Below are positions 10,099 to 20,606 of a DNA stretch of 64,000 nucleotides, piece after piece. The position numbers were made by a program, and so were the translations under genes. Source of the DNA: an uncultured cyanobacterium (GTDB lineage: Bacteria > Cyanobacteriota > Cyanobacteriia > PCC-9006 > JAAUQQ01); contig OY970368.1 of assembly GCA_963718615.1 (NCBI GenBank), positions 2,816,001 to 2,880,000 of the forward strand, in the 5' to 3' direction. A model generated the notes under the pieces. The model ran no database searches. It had not been told where the DNA came from and worked only from the letters and a program-made list of their open reading frames with translations. Position 1 is the stretch's first letter. Every line of letters starts with the position of its first letter.

Positions 10099-10704
10099 CT
10101 ATCCCTCCCCTGTAAACCTCACATCTTCATAGATTTCACTGAACGCAATCTTGAACTCAATCGTTGCTAAGGCAAGTACCGCTTCTGAGGATGAATACTC
10201 ACCCAACACCCATTTGTTGTCTTCGGTTTTGACGTATTGCTCAGCATAAAAGTCATACTGGCTGATTAATACATACTCGCGAAAACTTGGAATCGAGCGA
10301 TAATAGCGGAACTTCTCCGACTGGTCATGGGCTTGGGTCGAGTCCGAAAGGACTTCAACGATGACCTGGGGATTAGTGATCACTGTTGTGCCTTCACCAT
10401 AATATTCCGGCTCCCCGTGGACGAGCATTACATCGGGATAGGTAAACTTCGGTGGTTCAGGAATCCAGAGTTTGACATCATTGATAAAGGGTCGGTAGCC
10501 TTTTCCCCGTAGCAAATATCGAGCCGCAGTGGCAAAATTAAGCGCGATTGTGTTGTGATTCGTCGTACCGCCCGCCATGGGAATGATTGCTCCACTGCGA
10601 TATTCGTGCCGCTCCTTTGCCTCCGCTTCCAGGGCAAGATATTCTTCAGGACTATAGTGGCGTTGCTCGGTGGTGGCGGTGGGAAAAGCAGAAGCGATCG
10701 TCAT
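10099..10704 (-). CDS. Uma2 family (DUF820) PD-(D/E)xK putative endonuclease
   Basis: YSPEEYLALE, MAGGT..HN, YPDV, VEVLS.ST...D..EKF..YR. Confidence 0.92.
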   Translation of the reverse strand: MTIASAFPTATTEQRHYSPEEYLALEAEAKERHEYRSGAIIPMAGGTTNHNTIALNFATAARYLLRGKGYRPFINDVKLWIPEPPKFTYPDVMLVHGEPEYYGEGTTVITNPQVIVEVLSDSTQAHDQSEKFRYYRSIPSFREYVLISQYDFYAEQYVKTEDNKWVLGEYSSSEAVLALATIEFKIAFSEIYEDVRFTGEG

Positions 10705-10773
10705 GGCAGACAGAGAAATAGCAGCTTAGTACCATGGTATCAACTGTCCTTAGGTTGCAAGTTTCTGATTTTG

Positions 10774-11058
10774 TTAGGCTTTCCCATTGGGCGATTCCCC
10801 GCCAAAGGCTTTATCCCAAGCTGCGGCAGTGTCTAGGGCTTGAATCAGGTCTGGGTGATTGTCATAGAGCGCCCGCATCAGCATAAACAACTGCCGCTCA
10901 GAGCAAATTTCCAGCAGTGCAGCAATGACTTCGGCAGAATTAGCCGCCCCCTGGCCCAGAAATGGGCTGAGCGCCCAGACATCGTCAATCCAGGTTTGTC
11001 CCCCGTCATTGCCGTAGAGGAAATCATTCAGCAGGATTTTGGCTTGGGCTTTGTTCAT
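10774..11058 (-). CDS. Small hypothetical protein (94 aa)
   Basis: ATG 11058 MNKAQAKILLNDFLYG...; fills the gap between hemC and the Uma2 gene on the same strand. Confidence 0.55.
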   Translation of the reverse strand: MNKAQAKILLNDFLYGNDGGQTWIDDVWALSPFLGQGAANSAEVIAALLEICSERQLFMLMRALYDNHPDLIQALDTAAAWDKAFGGESPNGKA

Positions 11059-11141
11059 GAGCCTAGGGGAATTGCAAAGAAACGCGGGATGAGTACAGGC
11101 CAGAGTCGGGGCGCGGGATGCACGCCCCATCAGGGTATGCG

Positions 11142-12104
11142 TTACGCCTCAGGACGCATGGTGTCGATGATTTCCTGGAGGATCTCCTGAGCCCCTTGAC
11201 CCTTGAGGGTGTTGGCAAGGCTGATTCCCAATTGCTCGGCGTCGGTGGCTGCACCCGTGATTTGATCCTTCACCAACCGCTGACCGTCAAGGCTGGCAAC
11301 GAGGCCCGTAAGCGTGAGCTGATCCCCTTCAATCACGGTGTTGACACCGATGGGAACCTGGCAGCCTCCCTCTAACTCCCGCAGGAACGAACGTTCCGCA
11401 TAGCAGCGCTGAGCCGTGGGAACATGCTCCAGGGCTTTGATGATTTGCAGGATTTCTGGGTCTTCGGTGCGGCATTCAATGCCTAGGGCACCTTGGCCGA
11501 CAGCGTGGAGGGAGACGTCAGCGGGAATGGTTTGGTGGATGCGATCGCCCATTCCCAACCGATGCAGCCCCGCATAGGCCAAAATCAGCGCATCGTACTC
11601 GCCCGCATCTAGCTTCGCCAAACGCGTATTCAAATTGCCCCGCACATCCTTGAAGGTCAGGTGGGGATAATAGTGACGCAACTGAGCCAACCGCCGCAGG
11701 GAAGAAGTCCCGACCACCGCGCCCTCGGGCAGGCTATCGAGCTGTTTGTCCTTAAATTTTTCATGGACGACCAGGGCATCCGCCGGATTTTCCCGCTCGG
11801 TGACGCAGCCCAGCATCAGCCCTTCGGGCAGGTTCGTGGGTAAGTCCTTGAGGGAGTGGACGGCAAAGTCCGTGTCGCCATTGAGCATCCCCACTTCCAA
11901 TTCCTTGGTGAAGAGGCCCTTATCGCCAATCTTTGCCAGGGCCACATCGAGAATTTTGTCCCCTTGGGTGCTCATGGTGTGCACTTCAAACTGGCGATTG
12001 GGAAAGGCCTTTTGTAGCTCAGCCTGCACCCAGTGGGTTTGCACAAGGGCTAACTGGCTTTTGCGAGAGCCGATCCGAACGGTGCGTGGCGGGCTAGCAA
12101 TCAT
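11142..12104 (-). CDS. hemC: Hydroxymethylbilane synthase (porphobilinogen deaminase)
   Basis: [47 protein letters not shown]. Confidence 0.98.
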   Translation of the reverse strand: MIASPPRTVRIGSRKSQLALVQTHWVQAELQKAFPNRQFEVHTMSTQGDKILDVALAKIGDKGLFTKELEVGMLNGDTDFAVHSLKDLPTNLPEGLMLGCVTERENPADALVVHEKFKDKQLDSLPEGAVVGTSSLRRLAQLRHYYPHLTFKDVRGNLNTRLAKLDAGEYDALILAYAGLHRLGMGDRIHQTIPADVSLHAVGQGALGIECRTEDPEILQIIKALEHVPTAQRCYAERSFLRELEGGCQVPIGVNTVIEGDQLTLTGLVASLDGQRLVKDQITGAATDAEQLGISLANTLKGQGAQEILQEIIDTMRPEA

Positions 12105-12292
12105 GGTCTTCGAGGGTTCTTAAAGAAATTTATTTTAGAACGGGCTGTACAAGGGTTCGACATCCCGGATCCAGATTACCGTTTTGCTGACAAGATTCAG
12201 ACCAACTGCCGAAAAACCTGTAAGAATGAAACACGCGCTTTAGCTGTTGGCGTTTACATGTTGGCGTTTACAGGAGTCATTCTATATAGATT

Positions 12293-13345
12293 ATGGGCGA
12301 GCAGGTTCCAGTTGGTATTGTCGGGGCGTCTGAATACGGCGGTATCCAGTTGGTTCATCTGCTGAAAGAGCATCCCAACACCGAGATTGTCTACATCGGG
12401 GATTCGGGTCTGGCGAGCAAAAAGATCAGCGATGTCTATCCCCATTTTGGCCATCGGGGGGATTGGCTGATCGAAGAGGTGGATGTGCAGCGGATCGCCC
12501 AGCGCTGCGAAGTGGTGTTTTTTGCCCTTCCCCATGGTGGGGCCTATCAGTTCACGCCAACCCTGCTGAAGGCGGGCTGTAAGGTGCTGGATCTGTCGGC
12601 AGATTATCGGTTCTTTGATCTTAAGACCTATCAAACTTGGTATAGCTTGGAGCGATCGGACCGGGCGATCGCCTCCCAGGCGGTCTATGGTTTGCCGGAG
12701 CTCTATCGAGCGAAAATTCTTCAGGCCCAGTTGATTGGCTGTCCGGGGTGTTATGCCACGGCGAGTTTGTTGGCGATCGCCCCCCTCCTGCGCCAAGGAT
12801 TAGTCTTGCCAGAAACGCTGATCATTGATGCCAAAACCGGATCTTCGGGCAGTGGCCGCGACCTCAAGCCCCATTTTCTGATGTCGGAAGCCGGAAATTC
12901 GGTGACGGCCTATGGCGTTGCCCGCCATCGCCACACGCCGGAGATTGAACAGGTCTGTAGTGATATTTTGGGCCACGAAATGACGGTGCAGTTTACGCCC
13001 CACCTGGTGCCGATGGTGCGGGGGCTGATGACGACAGTCTATGGCACGTTGCGGGATCCGGGGCTGGTGCGGGAGGATCTGGTGACGATTTATCGGGCGT
13101 TTTATCAAAATGCGCCCTGGATTGAGGTGTTGCCAGCGGGAACCTATCCCCAAAGCAAATGGACGCTGGGGACAAATCGCTGTTTTATTGGGATTGAGGC
13201 GGATGCGCGGACGGGGCGGGTGATTTTGATGTCGGCGATCGACAATTTGATCAAGGGCCAGTCGGGGCAGGCGATTCAATGTTTGAATTTGATGATGGGT
13301 TGGGAGGAAACGTTGGGGTTACCGGCGGTTTGTTTTTATCCTTGA
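12293..13345 (+). CDS. argC: N-acetyl-gamma-glutamyl-phosphate reductase
   Basis: [50 protein letters not shown]. Confidence 0.95.
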   Translation: MGEQVPVGIVGASEYGGIQLVHLLKEHPNTEIVYIGDSGLASKKISDVYPHFGHRGDWLIEEVDVQRIAQRCEVVFFALPHGGAYQFTPTLLKAGCKVLDLSADYRFFDLKTYQTWYSLERSDRAIASQAVYGLPELYRAKILQAQLIGCPGCYATASLLAIAPLLRQGLVLPETLIIDAKTGSSGSGRDLKPHFLMSEAGNSVTAYGVARHRHTPEIEQVCSDILGHEMTVQFTPHLVPMVRGLMTTVYGTLRDPGLVREDLVTIYRAFYQNAPWIEVLPAGTYPQSKWTLGTNRCFIGIEADARTGRVILMSAIDNLIKGQSGQAIQCLNLMMGWEETLGLPAVCFYP

Positions 13346-14082
13346 CGTGCTCCCCAAAAACAGGCTCAAAATCTCTGCAAATGGGGAGAATCCAGGTGCT
13401 ATCTCTAGCCTTTCCATAAAATGCTGCATTAACGTAGCATCCGCGATCGCCTCTGGCGGGAAGTTCATGATTTCTGGAGGGGTTATGAGAGGAAGCAGTG
13501 CACGTCCAATGTCTTAGAACCGGATTGGAGGTCTGGCTATCCTGGTTACCGTTGACCTTCAAAACTAGTCTAGCGGTCATATTTTGGGTGTGGTTCTCAA
13601 TCCTTTGCTCACTTAGGATTTGCTCGGTAATGCGAATGGCACTCTCCATTTGTCTGGGTATGCCGCTCCCCTCCCTTTGTTGTCAAATATTTCTTTCCCG
13701 GTTTGCCGTTTGAGTTTTGTTGTGGGTCGTGACTATGGCTACTAGCGCTGGCTCGTTGAGCCCACCATTAATGAGTTTCATCACTTATTTTTAGATGGAT
13801 TCAACATACGACTGATTAGAGCCCCCCAACACTATCCGGTCAGTAGCGGAAATAATACGTTTGTTTCAGTAATGTCAGAAGGTGGCGTTGTGGTTGGCTC
13901 AAACAAATTGTCAGTTGGGCGATTTGGTAATGAAGCAGCAGGAGTTTTTGAAGGTGCTGCAAGATTTGTTGAAGCTTGTACAATATTCTGATAAAAACTT
14001 GTAATTTTTCGAGCTGCATGGCAGCGTATATCATAGGATAGCTGTATCCTAGAGTTTTAGAAGCGGGATCGGTAATTACGTA

Positions 14083-14295
14083 ACGTTTGTTAAAAAGTCA
14101 AAACCGTTGCTGTCTAGTCGTTGCAGACGAAAAAATCGTCAGCAAGTGCAAGGCCGATTTACGCATTTTCAACGTTTCAGCAGATCTTAACCTTGTACTT
14201 GGAAATCCAAGGCCCTTAAAAAAAAGAGATTTTTTGAGCTTGCCTACGAGGGTTTCAGGCGGTATCTGGCTGGATCAGACGTTTTCAGCAAGGCC
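14083..14295. mobile_element. Candidate degenerate MITE (213 bp)
   Basis: Flanked by a direct TACGTA (14077-14082 and 14296-14301). Left end ACGTTTGTTAAAAAGTC loosely matches the reverse complement of the right end, GGCCTTGCTGAAAACGTC. Confidence 0.4.
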
Positions 14296-14352
14296 TACGT
14301 AGAAGCAGTCAATCTGGATTACTAGAAGAGATTAGCAAGTAAAACCGCATAG

Positions 14353-16881
14353 ATGATGAATGATCAAAAATCTACTAGTACCTTCAATAATTTTCTAGAA
14401 TTTGTAAAGCAATGGCGGGATGGGATCGCCGCTATCGTTAGCACTGGAGTAATCATAGGGAGCTCTTACAAGAGTATAAAGTCAGACGTAAATACTTACG
14501 TTATGGGTCTTATTGGATTGACATGGCTCGTATGCTTGTTCTTGCTGCTGCAAAAGCCACCTTCTCCCACTGCTAGTGCAAAGCGATTAGCTGGATTTCG
14601 GACTAGCGAGGACAGTGAACAGCGTCACTCTGAGGAAGAGAAAGAAAAATCTAGATTAAGGACAGAAGAAGAATTCAAAAGGAAAAAAAGGATAACAATG
14701 TTCGGAGTAGTCTTGATTCCAGTCGTTTGCTCCATTTACCTTTGGGGTTGGCCTGCGATTCAAACAATGAATGACCCTAATCCTAAACTCACTGTAATGA
14801 TTGCAGAGTTTAAAAATGAGAAGACAGGTAAAGACGATCAGTCATTTACTAAGACTATAATTACCGAATTTGGAAATATAGATAGTCGTCACAAGCAAGT
14901 TCGCTTAGTGCCTGTCAGTGAATCTTTCTCTGACAAAAAGTCTGCAAGAGAAAAGGCAAAATCTATTGGCGCAGATGTTGCTTTTTGGGGATGGTACACT
15001 GTCAACAAAGATGTTGTTCCGTTAGTAGCAAATTTTGAGATTATAGAAACAAAAAAAACTACGCCTTATATTACTGAACTCGAACAAGGTACTCATGAAG
15101 CTTCTATAACTCCAGGTACAAAAAATCCAAATAGTTCCATAGTTCGTTTTTCCATTGAAGAACTAGATAATTTTACAATTCAGACTAATTTGTCTTCAGG
15201 TGTTAATTATCTTTCCCTTTCTACTCTTGGACTAGTTAACTTTCTGAACGGCAGCTATACTGCTTCAGCAGATGCTTTCTTGAGTGCATTGCAGTGGGGA
15301 GAGGGAAAAAATAAAGGTTTTATTTATTATTATTTAGGTCAAGCATATGCAAGTCAGAAAGATTACTCTAAATCGGTTGAAGCGTTCAGCAGAGCTATAG
15401 AGCTAAATCCACAAAATACTATGTACTATATCCACAGGGGAATAAGCTATCTAGGACTTAATAAATACGATAAAGCAATCGACGATCATAGTATAGCAAT
15501 AAAAATTTCTGAGAATGGTGATCCTAATAAGACTTGTCTCTGTTTAGCTTATTTTGCTCGTGGAACTAGCTATGCAATGACTGGAATGTATGATCTAGCA
15601 TCTAGGGATTTTGATATATCTATAAAGAATAATCCATCATTTGCGGAGTCATATGCGAGCAATGGTGTAATTAATGGAATCAATGGCAATTATCAAGTCG
15701 GCATCAGGAATCTTGAAAAGGCAATTGAGTTGGGAGACAAAAGCCTAGAAACTAAAAAGAAACTTGCGTCATATTATAGTTTTATTGGAAAATACGATAA
15801 AGCTCTAGAACAATATGACTCGATTATTCAATCTAATCATAAAACATTTGATATATTTAATCGCCGAGGCTCTGTTTACGTTGATTTAAAAGATTACAAA
15901 AATGCAACTTCTAATTTCAAAAGAGCTATAAGATTAAACCCAAGATCTGCTGTTGCTTATAACGGCCTGGGTTATGTAAACTATTTACAAGGTGATATTG
16001 AAGCAGCAATCGATAGTTTTAACAAGTCAATAGAGCTAGATAATATATTTCTGCCTCCTCACCTTAATTTAATTGAATTATTCAATTCCCAGAGAAAGTA
16101 TGAAAAAGCAAAATTTACGGCAGAGAATACTATTAAAAACTTTCCAGAAGAAAGCGATGCGTATTCAAATTTGGCGATTACCAACATTAAATTAGGACTG
16201 TTTGATGTAGCCCTCGAAAATATTAATACATCAATAGAGATTTATCCAAGAAACGCGAATTATTATATGTTTAGGGGTGTTATACATAGAGGCTTAGGAA
16301 ATAAGAAGATCGCGCTAGAAGATTTTGAAAAAGCCAAAACTCTGAAGCCTAGTCAAGAGATTTTGGCGGAAATCCAAAGTAATTTAAGTTACTTGTATTG
16401 GGATCAAGGTAAATCAAAGGACGCTTTATTAGAAATCGAAGAAGCCATAGACAATGGCGGAAATTTAGCGATTGTTCAATACCATGCGGGTTTTTTCTTT
16501 AGGGCCAGTGGAAATGACGAGAAGGCAGTTCTAAGTTTTGATAAGGCGATCGCTTTAGATCCTGCCATGGATGAAGCATATTATTTGCGAGCTTCTATCT
16601 TCGATGCACTTGGAAAACGGCAAAAAGCAATAGAAGATTTCGAGAAAGCAATAGAGCTTGATTCTCGAAAGTCGAAGTATTATATTGGCTTAGCTGATGT
16701 GTATATGAAACTAGGGCTTTTTGAAAAAGCACTTACTCCACTTGAGAATGCGATTACAGTTTCTCCAGATAGCTATGAAGCATATTACACAAGATCAAAA
16801 ATTCATGAATGGCTAGGGCACTCAGAGTTAGCCAAACAAGACCTCGAAAAAGCTCAAGCAATTGATCAGTCTCAAAAATAG
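14353..16881 (+). CDS. Membrane-anchored tetratricopeptide-repeat protein (842 aa)
   Basis: N-terminal hydrophobic helices, an alpha/beta segment, then many TPR repeats (e.g. YYYLGQAY..QKDYSKSVEAFSRAIELNP, AYNGLG..YLQGDIEAAIDSFNKSIELD); AT-rich. Confidence 0.9.
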   Translation: MMNDQKSTSTFNNFLEFVKQWRDGIAAIVSTGVIIGSSYKSIKSDVNTYVMGLIGLTWLVCLFLLLQKPPSPTASAKRLAGFRTSEDSEQRHSEEEKEKSRLRTEEEFKRKKRITMFGVVLIPVVCSIYLWGWPAIQTMNDPNPKLTVMIAEFKNEKTGKDDQSFTKTIITEFGNIDSRHKQVRLVPVSESFSDKKSAREKAKSIGADVAFWGWYTVNKDVVPLVANFEIIETKKTTPYITELEQGTHEASITPGTKNPNSSIVRFSIEELDNFTIQTNLSSGVNYLSLSTLGLVNFLNGSYTASADAFLSALQWGEGKNKGFIYYYLGQAYASQKDYSKSVEAFSRAIELNPQNTMYYIHRGISYLGLNKYDKAIDDHSIAIKISENGDPNKTCLCLAYFARGTSYAMTGMYDLASRDFDISIKNNPSFAESYASNGVINGINGNYQVGIRNLEKAIELGDKSLETKKKLASYYSFIGKYDKALEQYDSIIQSNHKTFDIFNRRGSVYVDLKDYKNATSNFKRAIRLNPRSAVAYNGLGYVNYLQGDIEAAIDSFNKSIELDNIFLPPHLNLIELFNSQRKYEKAKFTAENTIKNFPEESDAYSNLAITNIKLGLFDVALENINTSIEIYPRNANYYMFRGVIHRGLGNKKIALEDFEKAKTLKPSQEILAEIQSNLSYLYWDQGKSKDALLEIEEAIDNGGNLAIVQYHAGFFFRASGNDEKAVLSFDKAIALDPAMDEAYYLRASIFDALGKRQKAIEDFEKAIELDSRKSKYYIGLADVYMKLGLFEKALTPLENAITVSPDSYEAYYTRSKIHEWLGHSELAKQDLEKAQAIDQSQK

Positions 16882-17071
16882 CTGATTTTCTTGAACACGT
16901 ATATTGTTGCTTATAATCTTTGGCGCAATTCAGTTTTTGAATTAAGTCTTTGCCAGAACACCTCAAGCTGACTCACAACGTGCTGCAAAACCTTAATCGA
17001 CATCTAAATCTAGAAAAGATGCTGGGCTTGTTCGCATAGGCGGAAGCGATTTGCAGGGTCGATGAATGGAT

Positions 17072-17094
17072 AAAAGGGCGCGTATTCCGCGCCC
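17072..17094 (-). terminator. Intrinsic terminator of htpG
   Basis: Minus strand GGGCGCG-GAATA-CGCGCCC-TTTT, about 20 nt after the htpG stop. Confidence 0.7.
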
Positions 17095-17114
17095 CTAGCT
17101 TGCTTGCTTTTGTC

Positions 17115-19106
17115 TTACTTCGCTGTCAACTGCGTCAACACCTGATTCGATCGCTCCACAAACGCCTTCATGCCATCCGCATCAAAGCCCTTCTGAGCCA
17201 TCAGCGCCAAATCATACACATGCTGACAGAGCATATTCGCCAACTCACCCGACGGAGAGGATGCTCCCTCGCCCGTAATGATGCTGCCGCCGCTGAGACT
17301 GATTAGATTTTGAATCAGCGGGTGATTCGTATTCACCAACAGCGTGTGCATCTCCGGGAACTGGACTTCCTTATTTTGGAACATCGCACTCATCTCCTGC
17401 ATCCGGCGCAGTTCCTCTGGCAACAACACCATTGCAGGCGGCGTTGAAGCATCGCCCTTGAGCGCTTCTGTGCGGATGGTGACCTGGGGTTTGCCCAAGG
17501 CTTGCTCAAAGATCTCCTTGACCTGCTCCGCCTTCGTTTTATTCGTTGTTGGATCGACAATTTCGTCCGCCTTATCCTCCTCCATCAGCGTCGAATCTAG
17601 ATCCGAATCCACCCGTGAGAACTTGATTTCCTTCTCGCGGTACTCATTCTCCAGGAAGCTAACAAAATGCGTGTCGATAAACGCATCTAGGAACAGCACC
17701 TCTAGACCCTGATTTTTGTGCAGGTCTACATAGGTTGCCTGGGCTGCCGCATCATTGCAATAGTAAACGCGGTTTTCGTGGCGGTCTTTGTTGCGATCGA
17801 GATATTCCTGCAACGTCGTATAGCTGCGGCCTTCTGCATCGGTATGTTTTGACTTTGGCGTCGCATCCGCCCAGGCATCCTCACCCTCCGGCGTTTGGAC
17901 CTCCACCTGAACTTCCGCCTGCTCCGAATCCGCACCGCTCAGATCCGCCGTGGTCCGATAGATAATGTAATCCTCGACCTGGGTCTTGAACTTCTCGTCG
18001 TTCATTGCCCCAAACTTAACGAAGGTACCTAGGTCTTGCCAGTTCTCGATGTACTTGGAGAGGTCTTCCTTATAGAGCTCCTTGAGGCGATCGCCCACCT
18101 TCTTACTAATAAAATTCGCGATCCCCCGCACCTTACGATCCAACTGCAACGCGCTGCGGCTAACATTTAGCGGAATATCCGGGCTATCAATCACCCCCCG
18201 CATGGGCAGCAAAAACTTCGGCACGATCTCTTCGCAGTGGTCGCTGACAAACACCTGATTGCAGAACAGCTTGAGCTGCCCCTTCGTCACGTCCACCGTG
18301 GGATTGAGTTTGGGGAAATACAGGATCCCATTTACCAGGAACGGATAATCCGTATTGAGGTGAACCCACAGCAGGGGATCCTCCTGGAACGGATAAAGAT
18401 AGCGATAGAACTCCAGATAATCCTCATCGGTCAAATTGCTTGGGGACTCCCGCCAGATCGCCTTTTGCCGATTGAGGACCTCGTCACCAAGCTTAATAGC
18501 CACCGGCATGAAATCGCAGTAGGTCTTAACAAGCTGCTTGATCCGGCCCTCTTCCAGGTACTCCGCTTCCTCTTCATTGATATGGAGCACAATGCTCGTC
18601 CCTTTCTCGGTGCGCTCCGAGCCGCTCAGCTCAAACGAGGGCGAGCCATCACACTTCCAATGGACCGGTTCCGCACCCTCCCGCCAGGATAGGGTATCAA
18701 TCTCCACTTGGTCTGAAACCATGAATGCTGAGTAAAAACCTAGGCCAAAGTGCCCAATAATCGGTTGGTCAGCACCACCCTTATACTTTTCAATAAATTC
18801 TTCTGCGCTCGAAAACGCCACTTGGTTGATATACCGCTTCACCTCATCAGCGGTCATGCCGATGCCGTTATCCGTGATCGTCAGCGTTTTTGCGTCCTTA
18901 TCTACGGAGATGACAATCTCGGGTTCTGCCTCTTCACCGCCGATCTCCCCGGCGTAGGCCACCATTTTCCGCTTCTGGATTGCATCCACCGCATTAGAGA
19001 CCAACTCCCGGAAGAAGACCTCGTGATCCGAGTAAAGCGACTTCTTGATGATGGGGAAGATGTTCTCGGTATTGAAGGTAATGTTGCCTTGTTCGAGTAC
19101 GGTCAT
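17115..19106 (-). CDS. htpG: Molecular chaperone HtpG (Hsp90)
   Basis: FFRELVSNAVDA, DNGIGMT, IGHFGLGFYSAF, DIPLNVSRSALQ. Confidence 0.98.
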   Translation of the reverse strand: MTVLEQGNITFNTENIFPIIKKSLYSDHEVFFRELVSNAVDAIQKRKMVAYAGEIGGEEAEPEIVISVDKDAKTLTITDNGIGMTADEVKRYINQVAFSSAEEFIEKYKGGADQPIIGHFGLGFYSAFMVSDQVEIDTLSWREGAEPVHWKCDGSPSFELSGSERTEKGTSIVLHINEEEAEYLEEGRIKQLVKTYCDFMPVAIKLGDEVLNRQKAIWRESPSNLTDEDYLEFYRYLYPFQEDPLLWVHLNTDYPFLVNGILYFPKLNPTVDVTKGQLKLFCNQVFVSDHCEEIVPKFLLPMRGVIDSPDIPLNVSRSALQLDRKVRGIANFISKKVGDRLKELYKEDLSKYIENWQDLGTFVKFGAMNDEKFKTQVEDYIIYRTTADLSGADSEQAEVQVEVQTPEGEDAWADATPKSKHTDAEGRSYTTLQEYLDRNKDRHENRVYYCNDAAAQATYVDLHKNQGLEVLFLDAFIDTHFVSFLENEYREKEIKFSRVDSDLDSTLMEEDKADEIVDPTTNKTKAEQVKEIFEQALGKPQVTIRTEALKGDASTPPAMVLLPEELRRMQEMSAMFQNKEVQFPEMHTLLVNTNHPLIQNLISLSGGSIITGEGASSPSGELANMLCQHVYDLALMAQKGFDADGMKAFVERSNQVLTQLTAK

Positions 19107-19186
19107 AGGTTTGCAGGGGAATAGCCATAGAAATAAACCTTTACCTATTGTGAATGAATATCGAGTTCTCTATAAATACCGTTGAA

Positions 19187-19202
19187 GTACGGATCTCCCC
19201 AC
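19187..19202 (-). promoter_or_regulatory. K-box/Rre1-like element upstream of htpG
   Basis: GTACGG-ATCT-CCCCAC resembles the cyanobacterial chaperone K-box GTTCGG-N4-CCNNAC; about 80 nt upstream of the htpG start. Confidence 0.5.
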
Positions 19203-19723
19203 CCACCGAATTTAAGGGTGAACAGTATTTTTCAGCAAGCAAAATAACGAATTGCTAGTTTGTCTTAGTCAAATGATTGACAAAGATTCTTATTCCGGAA
19301 ACTTAATATATAGATCCAATATAGAACCCAAAGAGAATATTTTAGATTTACAGCAACTTTGTCTTTGATTTTTATTCGCCAGAATCTTATTGAAAACGCG
19401 AAGATTAGGCACGGTTTTAAGCGGTTTTATGAAGTCAGCAAAAAGCAAATCAAATTGCATTTTGTCCGTAAGTTTTCTGATGTTTATTTCGGTGTTTTTT
19501 TTGAGAATTGCAAGTGTCAAGCAACGAGGATTCACCAAAACCTTGAGTGATTCTTAGGTCTCAAATCTCTGAGTATTGAGTTTATCTCCGCGCTCATTTG
19601 CCGAATCGGTTCCGTTACGATCTAGGCGGTTCGTTGGGGAAAACTAAGAATCAGAAGCTTCAAGAAATCGGTTTATTTCTCGTTTGGCTTTCGTGTTGCT
19701 CTCTTTCTCTACTGCCATTTGTC

Positions 19724-20467
19724 ATGAAATCTAACGTCTTTCGTCTCTCCCTTGGTTTAGCTACTGCTGCGATCGCCTCTCTAAATGCCGCCGCTGCCTC
19801 CGCGTTCCCAACTATCCAGCTTGACCAGGCAACGCTCGATACTTTTAATGCCAGCTATGTCCAAAATGAGCGCGCGTTTAAGAGTGACGCGGGTTCCTTT
19901 CAGGTCGATCTAAACTCGCTGTTCTTCAGCAACAGCAAAAAAGATGTGGAAGTGTACTTTGTCAATGAAGGGGCTAGAAACAATAGCCAGCTTTCTTTTT
20001 CCCTCAATGGCGGAGCCTCCAGCGTCATTTTTGACCAAATTACGTCTCAAGAGAGTGTTGTGTCAGAGACCAATGGCGTTTTGACCCTGGGCGAGGGCCG
20101 AAACCTCGGTCAGGCTGCAAAAGGCACTCAAGTGGAATTTTCGTTCATGGTGAACGACTATCGTTCTGGCAAATCGACCTATACCTATAGCACTAACGAA
20201 GCCAACAATCCGGATGGTTTGCAGCATCTCGTCGGCTATGAATACCTAGATGGTGCCGGTGAAAAATGGCTGATTTTAGGTCTGGAAGACCGCTACGGGG
20301 ATGGTTCTGTGCACGAAGGCGCTAGTTCGGACCGGGACTTCAATGACGTTGTGATCGCAGTCAAGGGGCTATCCACGACCCCGGTTCCCGAGCCCGGGAT
20401 GATGCTGGGTCTGGCCGGAACGGCAGTCGCTGGGTTGCTGAAGCTCCGTCGCCGGGACGAAGTCTAA
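19724..20467 (+). CDS. Secreted PEP-CTERM protein with a DUF4114-like domain
   Basis: Signal peptide MKSNVFRLSLGLATAAIASLNAAAASA; NPDGLQH...LGLED...SDRDFNDVVIAV; C-terminal VPEP, hydrophobic helix and RRR. Confidence 0.9.
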   Translation: MKSNVFRLSLGLATAAIASLNAAAASAFPTIQLDQATLDTFNASYVQNERAFKSDAGSFQVDLNSLFFSNSKKDVEVYFVNEGARNNSQLSFSLNGGASSVIFDQITSQESVVSETNGVLTLGEGRNLGQAAKGTQVEFSFMVNDYRSGKSTYTYSTNEANNPDGLQHLVGYEYLDGAGEKWLILGLEDRYGDGSVHEGASSDRDFNDVVIAVKGLSTTPVPEPGMMLGLAGTAVAGLLKLRRRDEV

Positions 20468-20606
20468 AGGACGGACAGATTGCCGATTGAGAGCAGATTT
20501 AAGATCGACAGGATAGAGAAGTACAGCGGTATGGTTCGATGGAGGGGCAACCTTCTTCAATGGATTTCCTTGAAGTCCAGCGGTCTAGACCGTAATCTAT
20601 CGAGCC

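Noticed and set aside
17115-19106. htpG as part of the foreign island
   Set aside because: It is GC-rich, contains HIP1 and is a typical cyanobacterial HtpG; a codon difference cannot be established by eye
19107-19723. Short ORFs (63-82 aa) in the htpG/PEP-CTERM gap
   Set aside because: Mutually overlapping AT-rich frames without SD or motifs; better explained as a divergent promoter region
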